Assembly: GCA_964016885.1 (NCBI GenBank) | Contig: OZ024742.1 | Coordinates: 109,182,001 to 109,246,000, forward strand | Reading direction: 5' to 3' | Origin: Eledone cirrhosa | Taxonomy: Eukaryota | Length of the DNA stretch: 64,000 bases | Shown here: positions 39,875-53,780 of the stretch, piece after piece | How the letters are laid out: every line of letters starts with the position of its first letter | How positions within the stretch are numbered: the stretch's first letter is position 1 | Notes under the pieces: model-generated | Told to the model about the DNA's origin: nothing | The model's input: the letters and a program-made list of their open reading frames with translations, nothing else | Database searches by the model: none | Position numbers and translations under genes: made by a program

Positions 39875-40313
39875 GTAGAATAAAAAATAAAAAATAAAAA
39901 ATAGACGAAAATGAGTAGAGGAAGAAACGGAAAATCAATTGTTTGCGTGAGAAAGGACCAGTGTGTTCAATTAGAGAGGTTTTGAAAGGGAGATAAACCT
40001 GGTGCGTTTTGAGTGGACATGCACGTTTAAGTGTGGATGTGCATGTATTTATCTGTGCATGTGTGTGAAGGTATATGCGTCAGGCCGTGAATAACAGAGG
40101 GTGACCAATATATACATGTATGTATATTCTAACTCCCCTCAGAATATAAGAAGAAACTTTCTTTTAATATTTGGCAAGATTGACGTATTAATCGAAACTG
40201 ATAATATTTACCGAAATTTATATCCATTTAATGTAACAAATATAAATATATTCATTCTGTCGAATTAATGAAAAATATAATGTAATCTTAAAACATATCC
40301 CTGTGCTTTTTTC

Positions 40314-40355
<42 letters not shown>

Positions 40356-41098
40356 TGTACACGCACACACACACATACACATATATATATATATGTAAGT
40401 ATGTATGTATGTATGCCTAAAGAAAAAAACGTCTTTCTTGATGCCTCATGGTAAGACACCCATTTTACATCTCGAGAGAGATATTCCAGATTTCATCTAA
40501 TCTACATTTCTACAGATAATCTTTATATAATAACATAATTTTGCTTATTCTCTATAATTTCTTTATATCGGTTAAAGAGAGCTCACATAAAAAAATAAAT
40601 AAAAATGTCAGTTCACGTAGATTTTAAACTCTTGACTTAAAATTAGTAGCTACAGGAGAGCAGTTTGTATAATTATAGTGTAAGTCGTATCTCGATCACG
40701 GTCTTTTAAAAATCAATAGAGGAAAGTAGTTTACAATAATTAGGTTTCTCAGAATATTTTGCCGAGAGTAGCCAGAAAAGTGAATAGGAAATGTGACGGC
40801 TCTACACCTATACGTACGATATAAATGTACGTACGTACGCATGTACAATAATATCTACCTACCCATCAGCCTACCTACCTACCTACCTACCTACCTACCT
40901 ACCTACATACCTGCATACATACATACATACAAACATACATACATACATACATATATACATACATACATACATACATACATACATACATACATACATACAT
41001 ACATACATACATACATACATACATACATACATACATACATACGTATGTACCTACGTACGTATGTAAGTATGAATGTACGTATGTGTTTATGTGTGTAA

Positions 41099-41471
41099 CC
41101 CTTTGAAAGAATTATTTGTTCACCTTCATATAGTGTATATATGTATGTATGTATATAGGTATGTATGCATATATGAACATACACACATGTGCACATATAC
41201 ATACATTCAAATATACATACACATATACATACATGATTCCATACATACATACATAATACATATACATACATACAGACTGACAGACAGACATGCATACATA
41301 AGACAGACAGACAAATACATGCATGCTTGCATAAATACATAAATACATACATACATAAATACATACATACATACATACATACATACATACACACATACAT
41401 ACATACATACATACATACATACATACATACACACACTATATGAAGGTGAAAAAAGTAATTTTTTCTAAGGG
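41099..41471. mobile_element. piggyBac-like MITE with ~38-bp imperfect TIRs and a (CATA)n-rich interior
   Basis: gtaa|CCCTTTGAAAGAATTA..TTCACCTTCATATAGTGT at left; ACACTATATGAAGGTGAA..CTAAGGG|ttaa at right. Confidence 0.65.
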
Positions 41472-41494
41472 TTAAATAACGTACATATAATAAA

Positions 41495-42113
41495 CTAGCA
41501 GATGTACCCGGCATTCCTCGGGAAATGAATAACAGCCTGTTTGTCCGTATAAAGTGAGCCAAAGGTTGAGCAAAGAAGTGAAATGTAATTGTAAAAAAAA
41601 GTTTAACAAAATGGGTGTACAGTGACATGATTGAGTGAAATAAACGGCAACATAAAAACAATTCATGGGGTAGCTTGAGTTAATTGACGGGAATGATTTC
41701 AGGTCCGGCCTTGCTGTAGTAGGTATGAGTAAGGGGATAAAGATGGAATAGACGCACCGTATGTCCTTCAGTAGACTAAACCCTATGCGTAAGATGGCGC
41801 TGCCACTACCACGTTGACCATCCACTGGACATAGAAATATCATTCCTTGCAGCAAATCGGCCTAGTACTTCAAAAGTTAAAAGGAGCCTAGTATTTGTAC
41901 ACAGACAGATACACACTCAAAATCGATTTTTCAGCCCCAATATCGATTTTCTTTCAAATTTCTTTTTGTCCTAAACCTGCTCTGGCATATAAGCAACATG
42001 CGTGCCAAATTTGGTTGAAATCGGCCTAGTACTTCAAAAGTTAAAAGGAGCCTAGTATTTGTCCACAAAAAGACACACACACACACAGACCGACTTGCTT
42101 TTATATATATAGA
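41495..42113 (-). mobile_element. Non-autonomous Helitron
   Basis: Minus strand: A|TCtatatatataaaag ... cccg-aggaatgc-cggg hairpin, tacatctg, CTAG|T; no TSD; internal ~48-bp direct repeat (41855, 42018). Confidence 0.85.
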
Positions 42114-42205
42114 TAGTTTCTATTAATATATATTTAGTACTCATAAACGCAGAGACAGATACACAAATACAGAGAGAGAGAGAGAAAGAAAGATAGATAG
42201 ATAGG

Positions 42206-42472
<267 letters not shown>

Positions 42473-42810
42473 TATAATTATGCATACATGTATAAATATT
42501 TATATATCTTTATATAAGTGTGTGTGATAATTACCCTTACCTATACATGTCTGTGTATATATATACATATAGATGTATGTATATCTATATATAATTTTAT
42601 ATAGTAATGAATTCTACAGGACTAGAACCAATTTATTTGTATAAAATCGCCAGGAAGCTGTTGATTTCATACGACTGAAACAGTTCTAGTCTCTAGTCAT
42701 GTAGAACTCCTTAATATATGAAATTAAAAATGCCTATACTCTGCTAATTTACTAAGTACCTTTCTTAATTGTGGTTACCCACCAACCAGAACTCTGGAAT
42801 CTACATGTTA

Positions 42811-42911
<101 letters not shown>

Positions 42912-43374
42912 GAAAAACAAGGGGAGAAGAATACTGCATGGTTGCACATGGATTACATATTATAAAATTAGTCCCTCATCAGTGATTTGCCAACCTTCAT
43001 TGGTATTTCATCGCATTAAAAATCAGATACCTCAGGTTGGTGCGAGAAATAACTAAAATAAGCTATTGGGACAAGTGAAACGCATAAAGCGAGTGAGACA
43101 AGTAAACAACAGAAGGAAAAGCAAACCGAAGGTTGGAAAAACAGCAAGCAACATGATAGTTATCCGATCAGGATAAGCTGGGTGAATTTCATGAGCAGTC
43201 AGAGAAGCAGACCGTACGCCGTGAATGCGGTGTGAGAAAGCAGGAACCCCACTACTAGCGAACGGGAGGAAGTGAGAAGGGGAGAAACAGAGAGTGAGTG
43301 GAAGTGCGAGGAAGAGGTCAGTCGAGAGAAAGTGTAACTGACAGAATATATATATGTATATATATATATATATA

Positions 43375-43745
43375 TGTTTGTATATGTATAATAAAGCCAA
43401 AACAATGCAGGTATGGACATAGAATAAAGAATGCAAATGCAAAAGATATTGTTGACAATTAGTCTTTTACCTTTGATTTATTTAAATGTCCTTAATTTTC
43501 GAGATAATATCTCTTCTTCGGAGGGAAGTAAAGCGGTTAAACCAGTGTTCTGACTTGGCAAGCTATTTAGAACACTGGTTTAACCGCTTTACTTCCCTCC
43601 GAAGAAGAGATATTATCTCGAAAATTAAGGACATTTAAATAAATCTAAGGTAAAAGACTAATTGTCAACAATATCTTTTGCATTTGCATTCTTTATTCTA
43701 TGTCGATACCTGCATTGTTTTAGCTTTATTATACATATACAAACG
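43375..43745. mobile_element. Fold-back element, ~177-bp arms with a 17-bp loop, minimal HHR-like motif (CCGAAGA core) in each arm
   Basis: 43375-43551 is the reverse complement of 43569-43745; cct-CCGAAGA-a-gagata-t-tatctc-GAAA-a-TTA^agg at 43596-43630 and mirror at 43490-43524. Confidence 0.85.
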
Positions 43746-43797
43746 TTTATACGTCATTTCACAATGCTTCAAGTGAACTATAACTTCCTCATATATG

Positions 43798-43894
<97 letters not shown>

Positions 43895-44599
43895 GTGTGT
43901 GTGCGTGTGCGTGTGTGTGTTAAGTATTTCTGTGGAAAAGGTAAAGGAAAGAAGAGTACTCTATGTAGAGTACAGAGCTATTTAATTATGTTATAAACAA
44001 CACAATATATTTATTCCATTACCCAAGGTTTCACGAAGTCAAACGATTCTAACAGAGGTGCCTCTATGATCCCATACATTTTCAATAATTTTGGAAGGCA
44101 AATTTTTTCGGGGGTTGAAATCAAAATATTCTGGTCCAGGTGAAGAAAAATTTATAAGTATCTCAACTCTTTCTTTGTTAAACTTTTGGAAATCTTATGA
44201 TTTTTTTTATCGTTAACCGCCTGATCGTTTCCACATGGGTACTGCTGTCCTATGAGCGAATCGATATGATATGCTCTAAGGTTAATTTCTACCCGTGATC
44301 TTAGCTGTTGTAGAGAAGTTCCATAGGTAGCTAAATCGATAACTCATGTTGGTCTCCATGTCAAGAAATCGATTTATATTCTCCACTATACAGGGTGTAA
44401 CAGGTAAATTGGGACAATTTCCAAATGGATATATTTCTAATTGTATAGATTTTGCTGGAGTCTAAATTTTCAATATTACCAGCTTGAATAGTCACTTATT
44501 CATAATTTGTTCAATCTGAAATAAAAACAATCGTACATTTTCTGTAATGACATGCGATTGCAATATTCTTGGCAAAGTTTGCAACCATCATGTATGTAT

Positions 44600-44872
44600 T
44601 TATGTAGGTATGTATGTATGTTTTTTGTGGAGAGAGAGACTCCTAGTCTTCATTAAGACATCTTTCTATGAGAAAGTCACTCTGATATAAAACCTGCGAC
44701 TTTAAAGCCTTTCCTCACTTAAAAAACTTCAAGCACAGGCATCGCTTGATATCTGACATTTTTTTGCGATGCATGGCATTGCTGGCCATAGACAAGTCCC
44801 TAGCAGGAATAAAAAGCTACACTGCGATGTTCTTACTTAAGTATCAAGCGATCGCATTACACGAAATCGAGT
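44600..44872 (-). mobile_element. Short retroposed insertion with ~20-bp TSD and (CATA)n tail, family unknown
   Basis: TTGCAACCATCATGTATGTAT flanks both sides (~44579 and ~44872). Confidence 0.6.
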
Positions 44873-45082
44873 TGCAACCATCATGTATGTATATATGTAT
44901 CTGTTATATATGTATGTTTGTGGGGTAGCGTAATATATTGTGGGGTAGCGTAATAAGGTATGGCAGACTTCAGAGACACGATACTAAATTAAATTTTCAC
45001 GTACTCAAACACATTCACACACGCGAACAAAAAGTGCGCACCTACCTGAATACACACACACACACACACACACACTCACACA

Positions 45083-45141
<59 letters not shown>

Positions 45142-45265
45142 AAAAGCATCACATACAACATATACATTCATGCACAGGCAGTCTCACGTACAACTGGCAA
45201 AAATAAACTGAAAACCATTATGGTTTTCAAAGTTTATATACCAACTTGTAACGTACGCACGCACG

Positions 45266-45334
<69 letters not shown>

Positions 45335-45396
45335 TATGGAAAAGAAACATTATTTTACACACACATACATACATACATACATATATATATATATAC

Positions 45397-45501
<105 letters not shown>

Positions 45502-45529
45502 TACATACATACACACATACATACATACA

Positions 45530-45599
45530 TGATTGATGGCTGCCCCCTCGTTATCGAGTATGGCCATTGCACGAGAAAAATATATATATAGATATATTT

Positions 45600-45658
<59 letters not shown>

Positions 45659-45664
45659 CATACA

Positions 45665-45698
<34 letters not shown>

Positions 45699-46556
45699 GA
45701 TATACATACACATACACATACATATATTAATAATAATAATAATAATAATAACAATAATGATAACGACAACAACAACAATAATAACATACATATACATATA
45801 TATATATACACACACACGCACACACATAAATATATCTATACACAGACACACACGATAGCAACTAACAGCGCTGCGATCGAATGTGGCTTTTTAGCCCAGC
45901 CAATGATCTAAAATGTCTTGCACAGAGTCGGCAACCAAAACATTCACTGGGAATAGCCGGCTGTGGTTGGAGTTCATGTACTTTTGCATGTCGCTTGAGC
46001 CCTCCTGCTGATTTACATTCTCTACCACATGCTTGGCAAGCATAATGAGTAGCATCTCCAACAGCAGCCTGGTAGTCAACCACTGGTCTTACTTTATGAC
46101 TGAGGTTCAATATCGGATGTAAACACCATGCTCGCAATTCCTGAATGCAATACAGAAAACCATTGCAAAGTATATGGCAAACAGGGTCGGTGCTGAAATA
46201 TCCCCCTGTTTCATACCATTTTTTACTGAGATAGGCTCCGACATTAACCCAAGCCTTCATGTCGTCATGGAAAGACCTAACTAAAGCAAGGAACTTATCA
46301 GGGCAACCAAGTTTCTGGAGAACCTTCCATAATGCATCTCTGTTAACAGTATCGAAAGCTTTTGTCAGATCGACAAAAACCTGATACAGATCCAAACCTT
46401 GTTCCATGCACTTCTCCTGGAGCTGTCTAGCTGAGAAGATCATATCAGTATTGCCGCGTCCAGCACGAAAACCAGATTGACTTTCAGGAAGAACACAATC
46501 TGCAATGTGTGTCAGCAGACGGTCCAGAAGCACCCTACATAAAACTTTCCCTACGA
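45530..46556 (-). mobile_element. RTE/BovB-like LINE remnant, internally deleted, with two C-terminal C2H2-type motifs
   Basis: LPESQSGFRAGRG, DMIFSARQLQEKC, FVDLTKAFDTV; CQACGREC..LKRHAKVH and CRLCARHF..LKSHIRS; probable 3' tip at 45530-45575 separated by a microsatellite block. Confidence 0.85.
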
Positions 46557-46561
46557 CATAC

Positions 46562-46607
<46 letters not shown>

Positions 46608-48039
46608 ATATATATATAAATTATTAATTAAAGGTTAATTAGTCTCTAATACTCAAATATCTTAATGAAAGAAATCTCTCAGAGAAGCAGTATTATTAAA
46701 ATTAAATGAGAAAAAAACTCTAATTATGGGAGTATAAACAAAATAGATCTATATATAATTTCACTTATATATAGATCTCCCTACTACGGTTTCGGATGGG
46801 GAAGAACCAATATTGGAATTACCAACTGCTCCGAAATTTGTCGAGCTATACCAGACGATCTTTAAGCTGCTATTTCTAGCAACTTTATAAGCCTGTCAAG
46901 TAGTTATAATATCTTAGGAGATTTCAGAACGTAGCACTACACTTGGTGTTATATTACCTGCTGTTTCGGCTTTGGAAACAATATGTATTATATTTTGTTC
47001 TATTTCTCTTAGACTTGCAGAATATAACTCCCCCGAAGACTATGGTGGTTCTTGAATTATTGGTAATCTAAATTATAATAAAATAAGGAGTGCGGGACTG
47101 CGTCCAGAATATATTTTTTAATCCCGTTTGTAAAATAATTTGGATTACTTTGAATAAATAATGAATGAATATTACATAATTTATCCACTAAATTTTGTTA
47201 TTATTGATTAAATATAAATAATTTCGTTCCTTATTTTAAGATTCCCTTCTTTAAAATTTTCAAATGTCAACATTTCCGGTTAGCGATCGCTTAAATAAAC
47301 ATTCATATATTTCCGTCACTAATTTTCTCCTTATGCAGTTTATATATAATATCGTCTTTTTTAATGTATCATGGATTACTTTACTGATTACATAAGACAG
47401 TGTAACGCAGTCTTCGTTCAATTTCTGTGTATATTGTCAATTACGATTTTATTTGATCATATCTACATGCATATATACTTGCGTATAATATCAATATGCA
47501 CATTACACATGCTAGCAGAAAAACCACCCGAAGGGAAGGGTGGTTTTTCTGCTAGTTCGAATAATGGTTCTTCCTCATATGAAACCATGGCAGGGAGATC
47601 AATATATAAGCGAAGTTAGATGAAAAAAATGTTTCCATCTATCTTGTTTTTACTCCCGTTATTAGAGTTGTTTTCACATTTCATTTTAATATATATATGT
47701 GTATGTGTGTGTGTGCGCGCGCGCGTGATTGTGTGTGTGTGTGTGCGTGCGTGTGTGTGTGGGTGTGTGGGTGTGCGAGTGTAACATAATTTGAGTTTCT
47801 CTTCCATATCGTTGCCAAAATAATATAGTATTTATGCATAATTGCTAACCGCATTCATAAACGGACATATATAGACAATGGAAAGAGAAACGCCCCACAC
47901 TCAGGCACATACGTACATTCCCTAACCATTTCTGCAGACGCATTGCGAGGTTCGAGCTTACTATGCGGCCATATCAAATGTCATATAATAGACAATTATG
48001 TGACATCTATCAGTGTAAAATTGTTGAGAAGTTGAGATA

Positions 48040-48500
48040 AATCAGCTGGGAGGAAAGAATTATTGACTTTTGAAATGGAAAAGGAAAGGAGCCGATCACC
48101 ATATCGGGTCAAAGAAACAATTATTTTGATCGTATTTCCATTGCTGATACTATATGCTGCTCGCAATTACTGGTAGAAGAAAGAAAACAATATGTTTCTA
48201 TTTGCTGATAATATATGCTGGTCCCAACTGGTAGAACAAAGAGAAAAAGCCAGTCGGCAGATCAGACCCAGGAAATAATGTTTGCATTGGTCATTTCATT
48301 ACTGATACTATACGCCGGTCACAACTCCTGGCAGAACAAAAGGATGTGATTGTCAGATCGGACAAATGAAACAATGTCTCAGTTGCCCTTTCCATTGCAG
48401 TTACTATATACCGGTCACAGCTCCTGGTAAAACAAAGAAGTAAAAATCATCATATCAGACCAACCAAGCAATGTTTCCATTGGTCTTTCAATTGATATCA
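48040..48500 (+). repeat. Degenerate tandem repeat, unit ~70-95 bp (also ~18330-18510 minus, ~54440-54720 minus, ~56715-57070 plus)
   Basis: Recurring cagatcggacca..gaaacaatgtttccattggtctttc..ttgctgatacta..cacaactcctg..agaagaaag. Confidence 0.75.
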
Positions 48501-50709
48501 CTTATATATATTTATTGGTTTAGGTATTATCGGTTGTGAGAAAGAGTTCTCTATACTATAGTAGAGATTAATAGTTTTAAGGTCGAGTTAGAAGCTATCG
48601 TGTTAAATTCAAAATACTTTACTATGTCTAGCTATACTATAATACAAGTGGTGTGTATATAAAAACTATTAATCTGGATACCTAAATATGGAATGTTACG
48701 CGATGGGAGGAGCAGTGTGAAATAAAGTATTTTCTTCAAAAACACAACACGTTTCTCAATTCAGGAATCGAACCCACGATCCTACAATCGCGAGTTCAAC
48801 ACCGTACCCATTAGGCCACGTACCTTGCCTTATGAACAATCTAATATTGCAAGAAAAAGAATTCTCAATTCCTTAAAGCAGGAAGTATGGAACATTGGTT
48901 CAAACCCCGAAACTCATTTATCAAGTGAAATTCACTCATTTTCTATAAAATAAATCGTAAATGAGCCTCGTCGGTTTTCACGGTGAGTATCCCAGTTGTT
49001 CTGTCAAAGGAATGGCATTCTCGTTAAATTAATGTATACACGGTAGAGTACCCTACAGACATGTGTACCTCTTATTGCAATTCTCTTGCTCATTCAGCGA
49101 GATTAAATGCAAGACAAGTCTTGACCTATTAATTACAGGCAGAGTTATCTCGATGAACATCCAAAGTCTTTGTCTATCTGTCCGACTAATTCGACAAATA
49201 GACATCAATATTTAAAAATAAGGATTGGAATTCATAAGATCGACTATACTTTTTAAACGTCTGTGCCACCAGCATGACCACATTCCAATGAATGAACTCA
49301 GTAAGATAATACAAATGGGATTCAACATCAGTTCGCCGACTCACTCGCCAGTAACATTTTATGGCATTCGTTACAAGGAAAGGAAGGAATGGATCTCCTT
49401 TGTCGATGAATGTTCCAGTTGTTTGAGCAACGGAACAGCCGGATCATGAAATTAACCTGTAAGTGGCCGAGCATTCCACTGACACGTGTACCCTTAACGT
49501 AATTTTCAGGGAGATTCATGGTGATAGTGTGCCACAAGGCTGGCTCTTTGACTTACAGTTTCAGTTCATTTGACGTGCTTCCAAACAATTTCTAACTACA
49601 TAATTTCACTCACAATACTCGAGTCGAGCCCTGGATGTGGTAAATAACATTTTTTCAATATGTCACGCAGTGGGATCGAACATGGGATTTCTTTAATATT
49701 TGGTAATGCTACGTTCGCAACAAATAGAAATACATATTGTATAATTTTGTTCTAGATATTCTTTATGAAAAACAACAGACGTGCTTGTCACGGGAAAAAA
49801 AACGTCATTAAATATAGGTATGTTTGTACAAAGTTAACTTGGGAGCTAAGCAACAACAAATCAACTTTAGTAAAAAGCCACAGATATATAAAGAATAAAG
49901 TACAGTCGATCTAATCTGGTAAATACGTTGTATAAATTCTATCGATAGTATTAGAATTAGAACTCCAATCTGAGAAGTAAAAAAGTTAAAAGGGTGTTTT
50001 AAACCTGACAGAACTAATCCCTCTCCAAGTCAGAACACAGGTGAGTTCTTCCCGAGCTCACGTGAGAAAGGGGATAAAGGGGAATAACCTACCCCAGTAC
50101 TCAACTGGTATTTTATTTATTGACCTCGAAGGAATGAGGTGCAAATTTGATCTCAACAATATTTAGATCGTAATGAGTTGGAACAAATATCGAGTCATAT
50201 TCAAACCGATACCTTAATGACTGACAATACGCTGCCTATGATCAGAAAAGTAGGAGAATAAATACTTTAAAACCTTCAGTGTGGCGGCAGCTCTAAACAA
50301 TGGATTCTACTCCTTCACCAACATCGGCTTAAGAAACACAAGTATTAAAGTGGAAAACTTTTCATCTTTACATTGAAAACTAAACTGGAAACTTTAAAAA
50401 AGAAACTTTTTCTAACTCTGGTTTTAAGAAGGTTTAGAGTTTGCTACATTTTCTCAAAGAAATCCGATTAAAAATCAAAATGTATTTGCAATTCTTGTAC
50501 GTTCCTATATCTGCAAATGTCTACTCTTAGCAAGTCACTCGAAAATAAAAATAAGAAGGAAGCAATTGAAAAAGAAAAAAAACAATACCTAGCTTAAAAT
50601 TAAAAAAAATGATAACAAACAAATAGAAAACTTTCTCAACAAAAAGCGCAAAAAATAAATAAAAATAATAAAAAATAAATGCGAATAGAAAAGTGAACAA
50701 AGAAAAGAG

Positions 50710-50802
<93 letters not shown>

Positions 50803-50998
50803 TATATATACATATATATATATATATAAAGAGAAAAATATAATGTAAAGGAATATTATAGATGTAAAAATGGAATAATTTACAGTAGATGTTGTAAAGT
50901 GAACAAGTCAACATCTGGAATAACATCTGGAGTGACATCTGCGATGATTAATTCTGACAAATTGAGAGAGAGAGAGCGGAAAGAAGAATGGGGGCGTG

Positions 50999-51082
<84 letters not shown>

Positions 51083-51136
51083 GGATATATAGAATAGGCA
51101 TAGAGAGGGTGTCAGAGAGATAGATAAAGAACAGAT

Positions 51137-51202
<66 letters not shown>

Positions 51203-51204
<2 letters not shown>

Positions 51205-51586
51205 TATTTCTTTATTAGCCACAGGGGCACAAAAGAAGGGGACAAATACAAAGGGGGAAGTTTACATACAATAAAAACGTGTAAAATGTTATCACAAATG
51301 GAATTTAAAAAGTTAGTCGATTTTCCCCAATAGAGGGAGACAGTTTATATGGGTAACACATACCCCCGAAAAAAAATGTGCAACCCTCATCTCCAGGAGT
51401 ACGAAGAGTTTGTACTCCTTTCCTCTCCTCCTCCTTTTCATCAACCTACAGGCTGATATAGAGAGAAGGCCCATTCACTCGGGCCATTCTCGCCACTTTC
51501 ACCCACCTTTCATAAAACTTGCTGGGGTACAGCACCTCTCTCTCCATCCTGATTCTTCTTCCAAAGTGGTATTTGAAAAGAAGAAT
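51203..51586 (-). mobile_element. 5'-truncated Tx1-like LINE embedded in a (GATA)n array
   Basis: Encodes ..KYHFGRRIRMEREVLYPSKFYERWVKVARMARV*; 3' UTR matches 4862-5033; (GATA)n at 51140-51203 and 51590-51668. Confidence 0.85.
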
Positions 51587-51589
51587 CAG

Positions 51590-51668
<79 letters not shown>

Positions 51669-52396
51669 GAAAGAGTTAGAGAGTGAAAGAGAAATATGAA
51701 AGACAGTTATATAAAGACATGCGTGAGAGATAGTGGGAGAAAGATAGTGGGAGAAAGATGTTATTGACTAAAACTTGGTGCGTTTCTTTAAAAAAAAACA
51801 TACATAACAGCCACATAAAAAAACTGGTTTTGTATATATATTCTGTTCTCTCTCTTTCCTTCTCTCCACCCTCTTTCTCTCTTTCTTTCTCTCTCTCTCT
51901 CTCTCTCCACCCTCTCTCTCTCAACGTGTGATGGATATCTGTCAGTTTCGACGATGACTATTTAATTTGTTCGAAACAATGGAACTGACTGCACGTACAA
52001 TTAACGTGCAAGTGACTGAATATTCCACAGACACGTACACATTTAACGTAGTTCTCAGGAGAATTCAGCGTGACACAGCGTGTGATAATTCTGGCCATTT
52101 TAATTACAGGTACATCTCATTTGTTTCCAGTTGAATGAACTGGACTAACGTGAAATAAAATGTCTAGACATCATTTGTTTATAACTTTTCAAAACGATTT
52201 TTGTCACACGTGTATTCTTTTACTAGTTTTAAATATTGTACCCATACTGGAGCAACTGTTTCAAAGGTTTCGGTCGATTATATTGAGTCTAATCTATGTC
52301 AGACCTATCAACTCGCCCCATCCAACGGGAAGGTCTCCCACTCACTTTGAGGTGTGTGAGAGATGTCTTCTCTTGTGAAAATGAGTATAGCTTCCA

Positions 52397-52577
52397 TTGG
52401 CAGTATCGGTAGAGAGTCGGATGCCATGCTTTCCAGCATAGTTACGTCCCTTTACGGTCTGAGTTTAAATCCCGCCGAGGTTCACTTTGCCTTTCATCCT
52501 TACGGGGTCGATAAAATAAAGTACCAGTAATGTACTGAGTAATTGCTGGCCTTGTGCCAAAAAAGTAGAAACAATTA
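52397..52577 (+). mobile_element. tRNA-derived Nin-domain SINE
   Basis: Reverse complement of 11898-12078. Confidence 0.85.
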
Positions 52578-53032
52578 TGTAAAATCTCCCTATTTTGCCT
52601 CATTTCTCGCCATTTTGGAGCACTCTTTTCCATGGTACTCCTCCCCGTTTGGGTTTTTAGAGGTTGGCAGGTTTGGTATGTAGTTTTCTACTTATTTTCT
52701 CATCTATCTCCCGAGAAGAGGAAAATGCGAAGTTGGCATGCCTTGAAGCTGGACACAGAAAACCGGGAAAAATGGCCAGGATCACCGGCATCAATCGAAT
52801 TAGCAGCTGTTGTATGACAGACGGATGTTACCATTAAAGAGGTTTATTCAAATATTTTATAGTTAAATATACGTTGCGACAGCTTTACAAAAAAGCTAAT
52901 AAGCAAAATACTTTCAAATTTCAAATTCGCTCAACGTTTTCGTATACGATTAATTGCTTCTTTATTTCAATAATTATTTCAATAACATCATAGGTGTACG
53001 TTGAAAAACTTTGCTGTGATTAATTGATTCTT

Positions 53033-53074
<42 letters not shown>

Positions 53075-53484
53075 TAAACCGAAGTTATGCATGTGTGTAT
53101 ATATATATATATGTGTGTGTGTGTGTGCGCGCGCGCGCGCGCACGTGCGTGTGTGTGTGTGCATATGTGTGTGTGTGTGTGTGTACTGATTTCAAATCAT
53201 TCAGACCATTTTGCCCCATCACGTAAGGTTTTTTTATCTATGCAAAATAATAACAAAATATCCATATGAAAATAATTGTTATTGGAAATCATATGCTTAT
53301 ATGACTAAATTTTGCATTTTCTTTAAAATCAAAAGATTTTCTAATATTAAATTTTTTTTTTTTTACAGATAAATCAAAGTTTTGTTGCTGTGTTAACGAT
53401 CATGATATGGTGTCAAGGGGTTGTGTGAACATTTCTGGATCTTATTTGTTGCATCTGTGTTGAGTATATGTGGAATATATTTTG

Positions 53485-53780
53485 ATTTCGACAAAGAGTA
53501 TCCCAGTTTTTCGAACAATGGAACAGCTTGCTCATTAAATTAGCTAAGCCTTCTATAGACACGTGTACACATAACATATTTCTCGGAAAGATTCTTTGTA
53601 ATAAAGTGTGTAACAAGGCTGGCTATTTAATCACAGTTAAAACTCATTTTTACAGCTGAGGTAACTGGAGCAACATGAAATAAAGTGTCTTGCTGAAGGA
53701 CACAACACACCGTCGGTTCCGGGAATCGAACTCGTGACCGTACGATTGTGAGCCGTACACCCTAGCCTTTAAGCCACACG
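53485..53780 (-). mobile_element. CORE-type SINE
   Basis: aactggagcaacatgaaataaagtgtcttgctgaaggacacaac followed by gggaatcgaactc (B box on the minus strand). Confidence 0.75.

Noticed and set aside
44388-44420. TA|CAGGGTG Tc1/mariner-like terminus
   Set aside because: No matching second TIR or transposase found.
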